Source of the DNA: Prochlorococcus sp. AG-418-I21
Lineage (GTDB): Bacteria > Cyanobacteriota > Cyanobacteriia > PCC-6307 > Cyanobiaceae
Direction of reading: 5' to 3'
NCBI GenBank assembly: GCA_003214115.1
Contig: QCMA01000001.1
Coordinates: 22,905-86,904 of the forward strand
DNA length: 64,000 nt
Positions 42,061-52,184 of this stretch are shown here, piece after piece (the stretch's first letter is position 1; every line of letters begins with the position of its first letter). The position numbers were made by a program, and so were the translations under genes. Under the pieces are notes generated by a model that did not search any database, was not told the origin of the DNA, and worked only from the letters and a program-made list of their open reading frames with translations.

Positions 42061-42837
42061 GTGTCTTCTCAAAAAATTTTTCTATTTGATTTTGATGGAG
42101 TAATAGTTGATGGAATGCAAGAATATTGGCATAGCTCCTTGCTGGCCTGTGAAAGATATTTAAATTCACCCAACATCACTATTGATCAAAAACTTTATCA
42201 AGGAGTACCAAATTCTTTCAAAGAAATTAGGCCTTGGGTTAAATATGGTTGGGAAATGATTCTAATTGTTCACGAAATTATAAAAACAGAAAATCCATTA
42301 AAAAGTGATAATAAAGATGATTTCATTAATAATTATCATCAAAATTGCCACAGGATATTAAATGAAAATTCCTGGATAGCAGAAGATATACAAAAAATGT
42401 TAGATAAGTCTCGCAAGTACCAAATTGATAAAGATTTTAAATCGTGGGTAAATTTACATAAACCTTTTTTTGAAATTATAAATTTTATGAAAGAATTAAG
42501 CAAAAGAGGAATAAAAACTGGAGTTATAACAACTAAAGGTAAAATATTTGCAGAAAAAATTCTTAAACAATTAAATATTTTTCCAGAATTTATTTTTGGT
42601 TATGAATCAGGAACAAAAATCAAAATAGCTGAAAAACTTACACAAACTTATGAAATTTTAGGCTTTATAGAAGATAGAAAAAAAACTCTAATCGATATTA
42701 AACAAAATTCAGAAACTTCTCACATTCCATGCTTCCTAGCTGATTGGGGATATTTGAAAGAATCAGATAAAAATAAGTTAAGTAATGAAATCAAATTATT
42801 AAAATTAGGAAACCTTGGAGAATTAGTTGCAATTTAG
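42061..42837 (+). CDS. HAD-family hydrolase
   Basis: FDFDGVIVD, TTK, FIEDR, LADWGY. Confidence 0.85.
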   Translation: MSSQKIFLFDFDGVIVDGMQEYWHSSLLACERYLNSPNITIDQKLYQGVPNSFKEIRPWVKYGWEMILIVHEIIKTENPLKSDNKDDFINNYHQNCHRILNENSWIAEDIQKMLDKSRKYQIDKDFKSWVNLHKPFFEIINFMKELSKRGIKTGVITTKGKIFAEKILKQLNIFPEFIFGYESGTKIKIAEKLTQTYEILGFIEDRKKTLIDIKQNSETSHIPCFLADWGYLKESDKNKLSNEIKLLKLGNLGELVAI

Positions 42838-42851
42838 AGATAATCAGCTAG

Positions 42852-42865
42852 AGTACAGATGTACT
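42852..42865. promoter_or_regulatory. Cyanobacterial LexA (SOS) box
   Basis: AGTACAGATGTACT matches RGTAC-NNN-DGTWCB and lies ~85 bp upstream of recA. Confidence 0.85.
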
Positions 42866-42949
42866 ATAGTTTGTATTTATGAAGTTTGGTTTAAATAAAA
42901 ATTTCCAAATTTAGAATAATTACAAGAACTTTAACCGATAAATCAAACA

Positions 42950-44047
42950 ATGAGCCTTGAAGAAAAGAAAAAAACTGAATCAAAAGAAAAAGACAAGGCA
43001 TTAAGTCTTGTCTTAGGTCAAATAGAAAGAAATTTTGGACGAGGTTCAATAATGAGACTTGGTGACGCCTCAAGAATGAAAGTAGAAACAATATCTACTG
43101 GAGCGCTCACCTTAGATTTAGCATTAGGAGGAGGCTATCCAAAAGGAAGAGTAGTAGAAGTTTACGGACCAGAAAGTTCAGGAAAAACTACATTAACGCT
43201 TCACGCGATTGCGGAAGTCCAAAAAAATGGAGGAGTAGCTGCATTTGTAGATGCTGAGCATGCACTCGATCCAGTTTATGCGGCCTCTTTAGGTGTTGAT
43301 GTTGAAAATTTGTTAGTTTCACAGCCAGATACCGGTGAAATGGCTCTAGAAATAGTTGACCAACTTATAAGATCGAGTGCGGTAGATCTTGTAGTTGTTG
43401 ACTCGGTCGCAGCACTAACCCCAAGAGCCGAGATAGAAGGAGAGATGGGAGATCACGTAATTGGAAGCCAAGCAAGGCTAATGAGCCAAGCAATGAGGAA
43501 AATAACAGGAAATATTGGCAAATCTGGATGTACGGTAATATTCCTGAATCAATTACGCCTAAAAATTGGCGTTACATACGGCAATCCAGAAACAACCACA
43601 GGAGGTAATGCATTAAAATTTTACGCCTCAGTAAGACTTGATATCAGAAGAATTCAAACTCTTAAAAGAGGTACTGAGGAATATGGCATAAGAGCAAAAG
43701 TGAAAGTAGCAAAAAACAAAGTTGCACCACCATTTAGAATTGCAGAATTTGATATTCTCTTTGGGAAAGGTATTAGTACAACAGGATGCTTATTAGATTT
43801 AGCAGAAGAGACTAATATCATCATAAGGAGAGGTGCTTGGTATAGTTATGAAGGAGAAAATATTGGACAAGGAAGAGATAATACAATTATTTGGCTTGAT
43901 CAAAACTTAGAAATCAGGAATAAATTAGAATCTATGGTTAAAGAGAAATTAACAGAAGGGACTGAAGTCAGTTCTAATTCAATGAAAGCATTAAATAGCA
44001 ATCCTGCTAATACAATCGCTGTTAATGATATAAAAACAGTAGCTTAG
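42950..44047 (+). CDS. recA: Recombinase A
   Basis: [30 protein letters not shown]. Confidence 0.99.
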   Translation: MSLEEKKKTESKEKDKALSLVLGQIERNFGRGSIMRLGDASRMKVETISTGALTLDLALGGGYPKGRVVEVYGPESSGKTTLTLHAIAEVQKNGGVAAFVDAEHALDPVYAASLGVDVENLLVSQPDTGEMALEIVDQLIRSSAVDLVVVDSVAALTPRAEIEGEMGDHVIGSQARLMSQAMRKITGNIGKSGCTVIFLNQLRLKIGVTYGNPETTTGGNALKFYASVRLDIRRIQTLKRGTEEYGIRAKVKVAKNKVAPPFRIAEFDILFGKGISTTGCLLDLAEETNIIIRRGAWYSYEGENIGQGRDNTIIWLDQNLEIRNKLESMVKEKLTEGTEVSSNSMKALNSNPANTIAVNDIKTVA

Positions 44048-44049
44048 AT

Positions 44050-44295
44050 TTATAAAGAATCAGCTAAAGTCCACCACCCAGCAGCAGGGCCTATAAATCT
44101 CACTACAATCCATAAGATTACTAACCCTCCGATTCCAAACCAACTGGCCTTAATACTTAATTTAATTAGGTTATCTCTTTGATTGATTGTAAAGGGAAGC
44201 CATTCAAATAATCTTGGAGACTCATCAATTTTAGTTTTAGTATTATTTTTTTTTGGAGGTAAACCAAGTGTTTTACGTCTTTTTGCTTCTCCCAT
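44050..44295 (-). CDS. DUF2839-like small membrane protein
   Basis: MGEAKRR N-terminus; one TM helix; VRFIGP..GWW. Confidence 0.8.
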   Translation of the reverse strand: MGEAKRRKTLGLPPKKNNTKTKIDESPRLFEWLPFTINQRDNLIKLSIKASWFGIGGLVILWIVVRFIGPAAGWWTLADSL

Positions 44296-44324
44296 ATTTC
44301 TTTAGTTATTTACAAAATCATAAC

Positions 44325-45773
44325 CTAATCAAAAGGTAGCATATAGTTAATTTGTTTTGAGGGTTGAATGTTTTGCAAAAGTAATCTTCCCCAGTTTCTT
44401 TTATTTGCTCTTCCATCTAGGATTATTAACTTACCTGAATTTCTTCTTAAAGGAGAAATAGATCTTTCAAGTTTAATTCTAGCTTGAGGAAGAAAGAAGT
44501 CTCTAAACCAATCTTGAGAGAGCTTCTTTTTATGAGAGACTGTAATTGCATTAATGGGTTCTGACATATTCGGAATCGGAAGTAAAGGAATGATAATTTG
44601 TTCTGGAATTTGAATTAAATAAGAATTCATAATCCACCAGTCAAAACTAGAGCAAAGGATTTCATTTCTACCTGTGGGAATTGTCTCTAGCAATACTCTC
44701 TTCCCGTAAGTAGAAGCTAATTCTGTAGCAAGATTAGTTTTTAAATCAATATCATCAGACAACACTAAAGTTAAACCCTTTCTAAAAAGTATTAACTTTT
44801 TGCATTTGTCCAAGATTGAATTGGTAAAAAGAGGATTATTAGGAAGAAACTGTTTAGAGGGTATATATAAAGAAATCTTTTTCTCTTCAAAATTACTCTT
44901 AAAATTAATAACCAAGTCAATATCTAAACTATGCTTTTTAAAATACATTTGGAAAAAATTATCTTTTCTCAAGGCTGATAAAAAAACAAATTTATTATTT
45001 GAAAAAAATTCTTTTATTTGAAAAAGTTCATCTATTGGCTGTAAATACAAATTCCAATCTAAATTTGTATCGTTTAACTTTACCCAGCATGCCCAACCTT
45101 GAGATAATGCTTTGTTGACGGTTAAAAATTTATCAGAAAAAAAAGAATTTTCATGAAAAAAGTTTGACAAGAAACTAATTTCTTTTTCATCTAAATTAAT
45201 ATAACTATTTCCTAAGACCTTTCTCAAGAAGAACTTTTTCTTCAACGAATCATATACTTTTATAAATTTTTGATTGATTAATTCGAATTCTTTAAAATTT
45301 TTTGTCCAATCCTTTTTAAGTAAAGAAATCCTAAAATGATTTTTTAAATCCTGTTTTATATCCTCAATTCCTGAATAAACTATTCGATGATTTCTAAGAT
45401 TACGAGAATTAGGATCATTAAGAAAATTTTGGATAGTTATCAAGTGAACATGATGATTTGCAAAAATAAATTGATCATTTTTCAAAATAAAATTAAAACC
45501 TAGATTTTTTAATGAGTCAATCTGAAATTGGCTTATAAATTTGATTTTTTCTTTAGATAAAATAAAAGTTGAATCCTCTTCCTTTAAAAATAAAGAAATC
45601 AAAATTGGAGTTAACCAATCATAGCTAGAGAAAATTTCTGAATTAATTAGATAGGTAGAATCATTTTCAATACATTTGGAAACTATCCTCCCAAAAGAAT
45701 ATATGTGCTCCCAATTAATACTTTGATCTCTCAAAAAATTTTTCAAATATTGATGACTTAAAATTTCAAGCAT
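44325..45773 (-). CDS. Degenerate DinG/helicase-C-terminal-domain protein
   Basis: C-terminal IIIPLLPIP, DWFRDFFLP.A, PLRR..G.LIILDGR resemble DinG motifs V-VI; no Walker A or DEAH box. Confidence 0.65.
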   Translation of the reverse strand: MLEILSHQYLKNFLRDQSINWEHIYSFGRIVSKCIENDSTYLINSEIFSSYDWLTPILISLFLKEEDSTFILSKEKIKFISQFQIDSLKNLGFNFILKNDQFIFANHHVHLITIQNFLNDPNSRNLRNHRIVYSGIEDIKQDLKNHFRISLLKKDWTKNFKEFELINQKFIKVYDSLKKKFFLRKVLGNSYINLDEKEISFLSNFFHENSFFSDKFLTVNKALSQGWACWVKLNDTNLDWNLYLQPIDELFQIKEFFSNNKFVFLSALRKDNFFQMYFKKHSLDIDLVINFKSNFEEKKISLYIPSKQFLPNNPLFTNSILDKCKKLILFRKGLTLVLSDDIDLKTNLATELASTYGKRVLLETIPTGRNEILCSSFDWWIMNSYLIQIPEQIIIPLLPIPNMSEPINAITVSHKKKLSQDWFRDFFLPQARIKLERSISPLRRNSGKLIILDGRANKRNWGRLLLQNIQPSKQINYMLPFD

Positions 45774-45868
45774 TTATAATTAATTTAATTTCAAAAATAT
45801 GCAAAATTTATGAACCTAATATACAAAAAATTGGTATCAATAAAAGAGGGTCTTGAATTAATTAATTT

Positions 45869-46708
45869 ATGAAAATTGGAATTGTAGGATTAGGATTAAT
45901 TGGTGGTTCTTTAGGATTAAAACTCCAAAGTCTAAATCATACAATTTATGGAATAGCAAATAATGAATTTAATGAAAAAAAAGCTAAGGATAAAAAACTT
46001 GCAAATTTTGTTAGCTGTGATCTGAGCTTATTAAAAAAATGTGAGCTAATAATTTTGGCATTGCCTATCAAAGATTTGATCAATCCGTCGCAACAATTAG
46101 TAGCATCAATACCTCAGGAAACAATACTAACTGATGTGGGGTCTGTAAAAGAACCAATTGTAAATACATGGGAAAATTCACATCCTCTATTTATTGGATC
46201 TCATCCAATGGCAGGCACAGAAAAAAAAGGAGTTGATTCAGGTTTTGAGGGTCTTTTTAAAAATGCAAAATGGATTATTACCCCAACACAAAATAGTGAT
46301 TTAAATTCAGTCAGAACTATTTCCGAGCTCATAAAATCAATGGATTGTGAAATTTGCCAAGCTTCGCCAAAAGAGCATGATGAAGCAGTATCTCTAATTT
46401 CTCATTTGCCTATATTTTTAGCTTCTGCCCTCATAGAAACTGCGCAAACGAAAAATAATCAATCTTTATTAGATCTCTCGCAAAAATTAGCTGCTACAGG
46501 ATTTGCTGACACTTCGAGAGTTGGCGGAGGCAATGAACAACTAGGCCTAGATTTAGCTATTAATAATCAGATTAATGTTTTAAATTCCATAAATAATTTT
46601 AAAAATAAGCTGAATATACTGGAATCTCTTATTAAAGAAAAAAATTGGGATTTACTTTCTAAAAAACTTGCTGAAGCAAAAGAAAACAGACAAAATTTTA
46701 TAAACTAA
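45869..46708 (+). CDS. tyrA: Prephenate/arogenate dehydrogenase
   Basis: GLGLIGGS, TDVGSVK, GSHPMAGTE, EHD....ISHLP, GFADTSRVG. Confidence 0.93.
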   Translation: MKIGIVGLGLIGGSLGLKLQSLNHTIYGIANNEFNEKKAKDKKLANFVSCDLSLLKKCELIILALPIKDLINPSQQLVASIPQETILTDVGSVKEPIVNTWENSHPLFIGSHPMAGTEKKGVDSGFEGLFKNAKWIITPTQNSDLNSVRTISELIKSMDCEICQASPKEHDEAVSLISHLPIFLASALIETAQTKNNQSLLDLSQKLAATGFADTSRVGGGNEQLGLDLAINNQINVLNSINNFKNKLNILESLIKEKNWDLLSKKLAEAKENRQNFIN

Positions 46709-48203
46709 AATTTTCTATACCTTTGGAAGCTAAAATTTGCCTCGAAACCATTAATGCAGACTGACTAACACCTGCAGTCCCCTCTCCTGGATAAATCGAA
46801 TCTCCACATAACCATAAACCTTCAAAAGGTGTCCTACTTGATAATCCAAATAAACCAAAAATATCTGGATTTTGACCAAGCCCTCCTACTATTCCATTAG
46901 GTCTTTTTGTCCATTTTTCAAAGCCCAATGGAGTTGCTAATTCTCTATGTAGCCATTTTTCAGGATCAATATCAAATTGACTTTCCAATTCAAGGGATAT
47001 TTTTTTCATGAAACCATTTTTTTTCTTTAAGTAGGTTTGTTTATCTAGATCAAACCAATCTTTAGTTTTGGTAAAGATACTGGCAATTAAAGTAACCTCA
47101 CCTTTTGGCGCTCTTCCATCACCATCATCACTAATTGATACAAATAAAGAACAAAATTCTTTTGAAACAAATTGATAATGATTGGAGAATGTTTTTTTAA
47201 TATGTTCCTTTTTTAATGCTGAATAAAAAACTACAGCTCCACTTGGATCAGGCAAATTATTAAGTCGATTTTTATAATTTTTTTTTCTTTCTAAAGGATC
47301 TTTCAAATGCTTGAGCAAAGATTGTGGAGGTGCGGTATAAATCACATCTTTTGCTTGATAAATAAATGATTTTTTTTTCGAATTAGCAGATAGTTGCCAA
47401 TACATATTTACATCATCAAAAGTTATAGAATTAACTTCTTGTCCAAAAATTAAATTAACTCCAGTTTTAATTAATGAACTTTCTAATGATTCACTTAAAG
47501 ACTGCATAGATTTTTTAAGATGCCACAGACCATGTGGCTGTTGACACATCTGAAGAACAGTAGATCCATATAATGCTGCAGTACTATAAACGTCCTCTTG
47601 AGAATAAAGTTTTAGTTGAAGATTTAAGAATTTAATCAAGCGCTCATTCTTGGATAATCCACACATCCGCAATAGATCAAAAATAGTAGATTTAAGTAAG
47701 ATACCTGTGACAAGGTTTGAAGGTACTAGTGCTTTGAGAAGTTGAGAAAAATCCCAAAAATTACTTATTGGTAATACAGGATTATTATTAGCAAATATCC
47801 AATTACTTTCATGTATTAGGGTACAAAGCTTCCAAAATCTTTGACTCCCAGGAAACTGCATTTCTCGTTCAGCAATCCATTTACTTTTTTCATACCAAAT
47901 AGGTATGGGATTACCACCATCATTTAAATCAACAATGCAAGCAGGGTCTAAAATTGTGGCTTCTGGTAATGGAATATCTAAAAAATCAAAAATTCTAGAA
48001 TGTATTCCTCCCTTCTCTAAACCAGCAACCTGAGTTGCGCCAACATCGAAAGTATAATTCTTTCTTTTGAAAGTACCGGCACATCCTCCGGCTTGAGTAT
48101 GAGATTCGATTAAAGTAACTGATAAGCCTTTTTTTGATAAAATCGCTGCAGAAGTTAGTCCTGCTATACCGGCGCCTACAACAATAACTTCAGACTTTTT
48201 CAT
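46698..48203 (-). CDS. crtD: CrtD-like FAD-dependent carotenoid desaturase/oxidoreductase
   Basis: GAGIAGL, GGCAGTF.R, FDVGATQVAG, ATP..F..WT.R, LCGDSIYPGEGTAGVS. Confidence 0.75.
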   Translation of the reverse strand: MKKSEVIVVGAGIAGLTSAAILSKKGLSVTLIESHTQAGGCAGTFKRKNYTFDVGATQVAGLEKGGIHSRIFDFLDIPLPEATILDPACIVDLNDGGNPIPIWYEKSKWIAEREMQFPGSQRFWKLCTLIHESNWIFANNNPVLPISNFWDFSQLLKALVPSNLVTGILLKSTIFDLLRMCGLSKNERLIKFLNLQLKLYSQEDVYSTAALYGSTVLQMCQQPHGLWHLKKSMQSLSESLESSLIKTGVNLIFGQEVNSITFDDVNMYWQLSANSKKKSFIYQAKDVIYTAPPQSLLKHLKDPLERKKNYKNRLNNLPDPSGAVVFYSALKKEHIKKTFSNHYQFVSKEFCSLFVSISDDGDGRAPKGEVTLIASIFTKTKDWFDLDKQTYLKKKNGFMKKISLELESQFDIDPEKWLHRELATPLGFEKWTKRPNGIVGGLGQNPDIFGLFGLSSRTPFEGLWLCGDSIYPGEGTAGVSQSALMVSRQILASKGIENFSL

Positions 48204-48207
48204 TAAA

Positions 48208-49086
48208 ATGCAAAAATTATCTCCTATTGAAATTAACGAAATTTGTGAAGAATTAGGTGAAACCTATCCAAAAAGTATTGAACAAGTTCATGGTGGCGAT
48301 ATTCATAATGCATGGCGAATAGAATTTTCAAACAAAAAGTTATTTCTTAAAAGAAACATTAGAAACAAAAAATTTCTTGAATTTGAAAAATATTGTCTCC
48401 AAAATTTGAGAAAATATATTAATCAAGAAAACTTAATTATTCCTGAAGTTATTGCATATAAAAATATAAAAAATATAGAGATTCTTTTAATTGAATGGAT
48501 AGATATGCATAACTTTGACCAAAAAAAGCTTGGAAAAGGTTTAGGTGAATTGCACTTAAAATCAGCTGAATCTAACCCCAAAATGTTTGGTTTTCCAGTT
48601 GAGGGTTTTATCGGAACAACAGATCAGAAAAAAGGCTTGGAAGATAATTGGATAGATTGTTTTTTAAACTTAAGGATAATACCTCAATTATTAAGTCTTA
48701 AATCGAGAATTTTAGATAAAGAAATTATAAATAAAGTTAAAGAAAAAATTAAATCAGAATTGCTGAATCACAAACCAATAAATGCTCTAGTTCATGGTGA
48801 TTTATGGTCAGGCAATGCAGGAATGGACAAAAATGGAAAGGGGGTTATATTTGATCCTGCATCTTGGTGGGCAGATAATGAAGTAGATATAGCTATGACA
48901 AAACTATTTGGAGGTTTTAGAAAAGAATTTTATGAAGAATACCATAGAATTTTTCCTATAAAAAACGGATTTGAAAAAAGAATTATTATTTATAATTTTT
49001 ATCACATATTGAATCACGCCAATATGTTTGGAGGAGGGTACTTAAACCAAGTTGAAGATTACGTAAAAGCAATTCTTAATATGTAA
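48208..49086 (+). CDS. Fructosamine-kinase family protein
   Basis: GGDIH, LVHGDLWSGN, FDPA, E.DIAMT.LFGGF. Confidence 0.9.
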   Translation: MQKLSPIEINEICEELGETYPKSIEQVHGGDIHNAWRIEFSNKKLFLKRNIRNKKFLEFEKYCLQNLRKYINQENLIIPEVIAYKNIKNIEILLIEWIDMHNFDQKKLGKGLGELHLKSAESNPKMFGFPVEGFIGTTDQKKGLEDNWIDCFLNLRIIPQLLSLKSRILDKEIINKVKEKIKSELLNHKPINALVHGDLWSGNAGMDKNGKGVIFDPASWWADNEVDIAMTKLFGGFRKEFYEEYHRIFPIKNGFEKRIIIYNFYHILNHANMFGGGYLNQVEDYVKAILNM

Positions 49087-49093
49087 TCTTTAA

Positions 49094-49459
49094 CTACCCC
49101 AAATATGTCTTCTTAAGATTTTGTACCTTATCTAGAACAGCTTCACGATTTTCACTGGTACGAAGATTTTGCCAACTCCATTGACCGACAACAATGACCC
49201 CTAGCAGTTCTAGTAAACCAGGAAGAATTGGGAAAAAGTTTATCGTGTCAATAACAACTTTAATTATTATCTGAGCTATTACGACAACAGCAATTATGCC
49301 TGCCGCCTTGCCGTACTTACCCATTTGAGTCCAATCAACATTACCAAGGGTTTCGTTGACTTTTCCCATAACATCAGAGTACTTCTCTGAAAAACTTTTG
49401 GTTTCTGAGCTTGTATCGGAGCCGGGGTCTTGGTTTGACTCTGGAGTGTTATCACTCAT
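49094..49459 (-). CDS. curT: CAAD-domain thylakoid curvature protein (CURT1-like)
   Basis: IDTINFFPILPGLLELLG signature, two TM helices, ENRE. Confidence 0.8.
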   Translation of the reverse strand: MSDNTPESNQDPGSDTSSETKSFSEKYSDVMGKVNETLGNVDWTQMGKYGKAAGIIAVVVIAQIIIKVVIDTINFFPILPGLLELLGVIVVGQWSWQNLRTSENREAVLDKVQNLKKTYLG

Positions 49460-49753
49460 GAATTCAGTAAACTTAATATATGAACCAGACAGTATCGGAA
49501 AAAACGTCTATTGACTACCTTTTTGTTATGCAAAATTCCGAACCGAAACATTTTGTATTTTTTTAGAGGCGTTGGTATGTAGGGTTTCTGAAGATATTTA
49601 AACTTAAAATTGATTTATAAAAACTTCACATTATCGTCTTGTTCTAACAAAAACATTAATAATTCCCAGAAATAAGAAAAATTTAAAAGGCTAAAATTTT
49701 TATTTTAATTATTATGTTTTCATAGTTTAGTTCGCAAACATTAACTGATCGAA

Positions 49754-50899
49754 ATGTCCAAAGATATCAAATTTAATTTCTTAAACTCTGATGAAGAAGA
49801 AAGATATCAAAAACATTTAACGCTCAAAGAGATAGGTTATGAGGGTCAACTATATCTTAAAAACAGCTCAGTATTATGCATTGGTGCAGGTGGGCTTGGG
49901 TCTTCCGTTTTGCTTTATTTAGCTGCAGCAGGAATTGGAAGAATTGGAATAGTTGATAACGATCATGTTGAAAAGTCTAATCTCCAGAGACAAATAATTC
50001 ATGAAACAAATACTATTGGTAATCTTAAAATTGATTCTGCCAGGGAAAGAATTAAAAAATTCAATCCTAATTGTGAAATATTAACCTTTTCAAAGAGAAT
50101 TAATCCTAAAAATGCTCTTGATTTAATAAAGGAGTTTGATGTTATTTGTGATTGCTCAGATAACTTTGGTACAAGATATTTAATAAATGATTCATGCCTG
50201 ATATTGAATAAACCCCTAGTCTTTGGAAGTGTACAAGGCTTTGAAGGGCAAGTAAGTGTTTTCAATTTACATAAAAATAGTCCTAATTTAAGAGATTTAC
50301 TTCCAGAATCACCTTCAAAAAATGCTGCCCCTAGTTGTGAAGAATATGGAGTTGTGGGTGTTTCAACAGGTTTAATAGGAATTCTTCAGGTTAATGAAAT
50401 TATCAAAATCATTTTAAAAAAAGGTGAAATTTTAGATGGGAAGATTTTAATTTTTGATCTATTGAATATGAATATGAAAAAATTACATCTAAAAAGTGAT
50501 CAGTTAAATAAACGAATAAAAAATCTGTCTCAGTTTGAGAGCTTTTATAATAGTGATGAATATTGTGAAAAAAACTGTAATATTAACAGTATTGATGCTA
50601 ATGACTTTAATAGTTTATACAAATCAAAATCTAACAAAATTCTTTTAATTGATGTTAGAGAAAATGAAGAATTTTCTAAATCTGCAATAGAAGGATCTAT
50701 CTCAATTCCCTTAAGTCATTTGAACCAAGAATCTGACTTAAAATTTATTCAAAAAGAAAGTTTAAATAAAGAGGTTTTCACTATATGTAAATCGGGGAAA
50801 CGCTCTGAAAAAGCTTCAAGAATCTTGTCTAAATTCAAAATTCAGTCAAGATCTATTGAAGGCGGCATTGAAAAGATAAAAAAAATATTGTGCAATTAA
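49754..50899 (+). CDS. moeB: MoeB/ThiF adenylyltransferase fused to rhodanese
   Basis: RYQKH, GAGGLGS, SNLQRQ, DNFGTRYL, PSCEE.GV; rhodanese IDVRE and CKSGKRS. Confidence 0.9.
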   Translation: MSKDIKFNFLNSDEEERYQKHLTLKEIGYEGQLYLKNSSVLCIGAGGLGSSVLLYLAAAGIGRIGIVDNDHVEKSNLQRQIIHETNTIGNLKIDSARERIKKFNPNCEILTFSKRINPKNALDLIKEFDVICDCSDNFGTRYLINDSCLILNKPLVFGSVQGFEGQVSVFNLHKNSPNLRDLLPESPSKNAAPSCEEYGVVGVSTGLIGILQVNEIIKIILKKGEILDGKILIFDLLNMNMKKLHLKSDQLNKRIKNLSQFESFYNSDEYCEKNCNINSIDANDFNSLYKSKSNKILLIDVRENEEFSKSAIEGSISIPLSHLNQESDLKFIQKESLNKEVFTICKSGKRSEKASRILSKFKIQSRSIEGGIEKIKKILCN

Positions 50900-50914
50900 T
50901 TTTTTAAGAATAAG

Positions 50915-52075
50915 TTAGTAATCTACACCTCTTTTCAAATCAACTCCAACATTTGCATAATGCTTATGACAAACCATTTCAGAGTAAACATCAGCTAATT
51001 CAAAGTAAGAAGGTTCATTTTTACACCTCCCAGTAATTACAACTTCTGTATCTGCTGGTTTTTTTAAAAGAGTTTGATGTATCGATTCCACAGGTAATAA
51101 CTCTAAATCAACAGTTGGATTCAATTCATCTAAAATGATTGTTTTATACAAGCCAGACAAAATAGCAGCTTTAGCAATTTCCCATGCTCTTTCAGCCTCA
51201 ACATAATCAATTGGTTGTTGCTGACCTCTCCATACGATGGCATCTCTGCCTGAACGCAAATGATCTACTAAATGAGGGTAACTCTCTCTCAAAGCTTCTA
51301 TGGCAGCATCTTCGGTATATCCATTTCCACCTTTTAACCATTGTAATATTAAAACTCTATGACTTTTATCTTGAGATATTCCTTTACCGATAGCTTGAAG
51401 AGCCTTACCGAGTGCACTTGTAGATTTACCCTTTCCTTCACCGGTATAAATCTCAATTCCACCACTAGAACTACTTTGTCTGGTTGGTTCTGATAAGTCT
51501 CCTATCAAACGTGGTCTCATTTCTGAATGGAGTTGAGATATTCTTACCAAAGCGGACGGGGCTGCCCTTCCAGTAATAATTATTTCTAATCCATCTGGGC
51601 GATTTTGAAGAGAATCAACTACTTCATTGATATCAAGCATTCCTAAATCAAGAACTGGATTTAACTCATCCAGTACAACTACAGAATAAAGAGAACTAGC
51701 AATTGCTCCTTTAGCAATATTCCAACCTCTTTCGGCCTCACCAACATCAAACTTTGTAACTTGGTCGGCAGTAAAGAATTCAGATCTTCCTGTCCTTACA
51801 TGGTCAATTAAATGTGGGAAACCTCTTTGTAAAGCCTCTATAGCTGAATCCTCGTCATATGGCCTCTCAGGGCCTTTTAAAAATCTTAGAAGTAAAACTC
51901 TTGACTGTCTTTTTTCGCATATTCCTAATCCTATTGTCCTGAGAACTACACCCAATGCAGCCTGGCTTTTCCCCTTACCCTCTCCATCATAAATATGTAA
52001 TTGACCTTTTGATCTCTCTTGACTGTCACTTGCTGTGACAATTCCAATTCCTCTATTTTTACTCGTATTCGTCAA
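50915..52075 (-). CDS. cobO: Cob(I)yrinic acid a,c-diamide adenosyltransferase-like protein with two tandem CobA/BtuR domains
   Basis: GEGKGKS and LDELNP motifs each occur twice. Confidence 0.85.
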   Translation of the reverse strand: MTNTSKNRGIGIVTASDSQERSKGQLHIYDGEGKGKSQAALGVVLRTIGLGICEKRQSRVLLLRFLKGPERPYDEDSAIEALQRGFPHLIDHVRTGRSEFFTADQVTKFDVGEAERGWNIAKGAIASSLYSVVVLDELNPVLDLGMLDINEVVDSLQNRPDGLEIIITGRAAPSALVRISQLHSEMRPRLIGDLSEPTRQSSSSGGIEIYTGEGKGKSTSALGKALQAIGKGISQDKSHRVLILQWLKGGNGYTEDAAIEALRESYPHLVDHLRSGRDAIVWRGQQQPIDYVEAERAWEIAKAAILSGLYKTIILDELNPTVDLELLPVESIHQTLLKKPADTEVVITGRCKNEPSYFELADVYSEMVCHKHYANVGVDLKRGVDY

Positions 52076-52184
52076 TTGAACAAAATTAGTAAATTTAATC
52101 TAAGATATAGATTAAGAATATTATTAAAGATTTAATAATAAATTCAACCTATTCATAGGTAATTTGAATTTTAAAGTAATTAGC

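Noticed and set aside
49460-49753. ncRNA or small ORF in the curT-moeB spacer
   Set aside because: Only a 12-codon ORF and weak stems; consistent with a divergent promoter region.
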